NCBI RefSeq assembly: GCF_964204645.1
Contig: NC_134027.1
Coordinates: forward strand, 16,586,485 to 16,650,484
Direction of reading: 5' to 3'
Origin: Tubulanus polymorphus
Taxonomy: Eukaryota; Animalia; Nemertea
DNA length: 64,000 nucleotides
Every line of letters starts with the position of its first letter. Position 1 is the first letter of the stretch. Shown here piece after piece: positions 63,594-64,000 of the stretch. The position numbers were made by a program, and so were the translations under genes. The notes beneath the pieces are model-generated. The model was not told where the DNA came from. It did not search any database and worked only from the letters and a program-made list of their open reading frames with translations.

Positions 63594-64000
63594 TGTAATG
63601 TACAAAAGGGTTAATCCCAGTACAAGGTGAAGGGTTCAGGATAGGTATAACGTGATCTGAAGTCACGTGATGCTTAGCCGCAACAGGATCTGTCTTCTGT
63701 TCCTGGACACCAAGACGATGAGACGTGTCGAATAAACTAGCATATAAAGTACAACCACTTAGTTTCGTGTTATGAGGATTCTGTTCCCCAGCATAAAGGA
63801 TGATCCCCACATTATATGGTGGAGAACCCGGACTTCTTAAGAGTGTTTCGAACACTTTTTATGTAATTATATAGATTCACTTTCGGAAAGTGGTTGACTC
63901 TTGGTGGAAATTGCACAATTGATGGCAAAAAGGAATTGGATTTATAACGTCAACAACCGTCTGACAACAACGTCGTAGTATGTCTATAACCTTTTCTGAC
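63594..64000 (+). mobile_element. 5' LTR (63594-63816) and PBS of an LTR element running off the window
   Basis: TGTAATG...CATTATA ends (C>T in the terminal CA), an internal AATAAA, and TGGTGGAGAACCCGG immediately after. Confidence 0.65.

Noticed and set aside
63520-63855. 111-aa ORF as a possible upstream HSPA14 exon
   Set aside because: It has no Hsp70 motifs and overlaps an LTR and PBS on the opposite strand.

Overview
This is eukaryotic, AT-rich, repeat-dense animal DNA. The transposon repertoire suggests a marine invertebrate, which is an inference. The only host gene found is the 3' part of HSPA14 (Hsp70L1) on the minus strand. It has six phase-compatible GT-AG exons at 55182-55027, 47396-47294, 33146-32928, 25043-24882, 20524-20466 and 17789-17696 (stop); the 5' exons were not found and probably lie beyond the window. 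Just downstream (~1.6-16.3 kb) lies a degraded endogenous Polinton/Maverick (adintovirus-like) virus. It carries a pPolB C-terminus, a Zn-finger/HNH endonuclease, several orphan ORFs, a chromodomain integrase, a packaging ATPase, a major capsid protein and a long coiled-coil/membrane protein. Twin hairpins sit where its gene blocks converge. A Harbinger transposon, a Helentron-type element and a TG..CA element interrupt its genes. The HSPA14 introns hold nested mobile DNA. This includes an apparently intact 3-intron piggyBac that shares one TTAA target with a MITE inside a DIRS recombinase gene, a decayed piggyBac, and a TRIM-like LTR element plus a solo LTR. There are also hAT-like elements with 5-6 bp TSDs, Kolobok- and Tigger-like MITEs, Gypsy and LINE fragments, and Helentron-associated 145-155 bp satellite arrays carrying CTCF-like and TGACCTTGA motifs. 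All family assignments come from reading motifs by eye; no database search was run.
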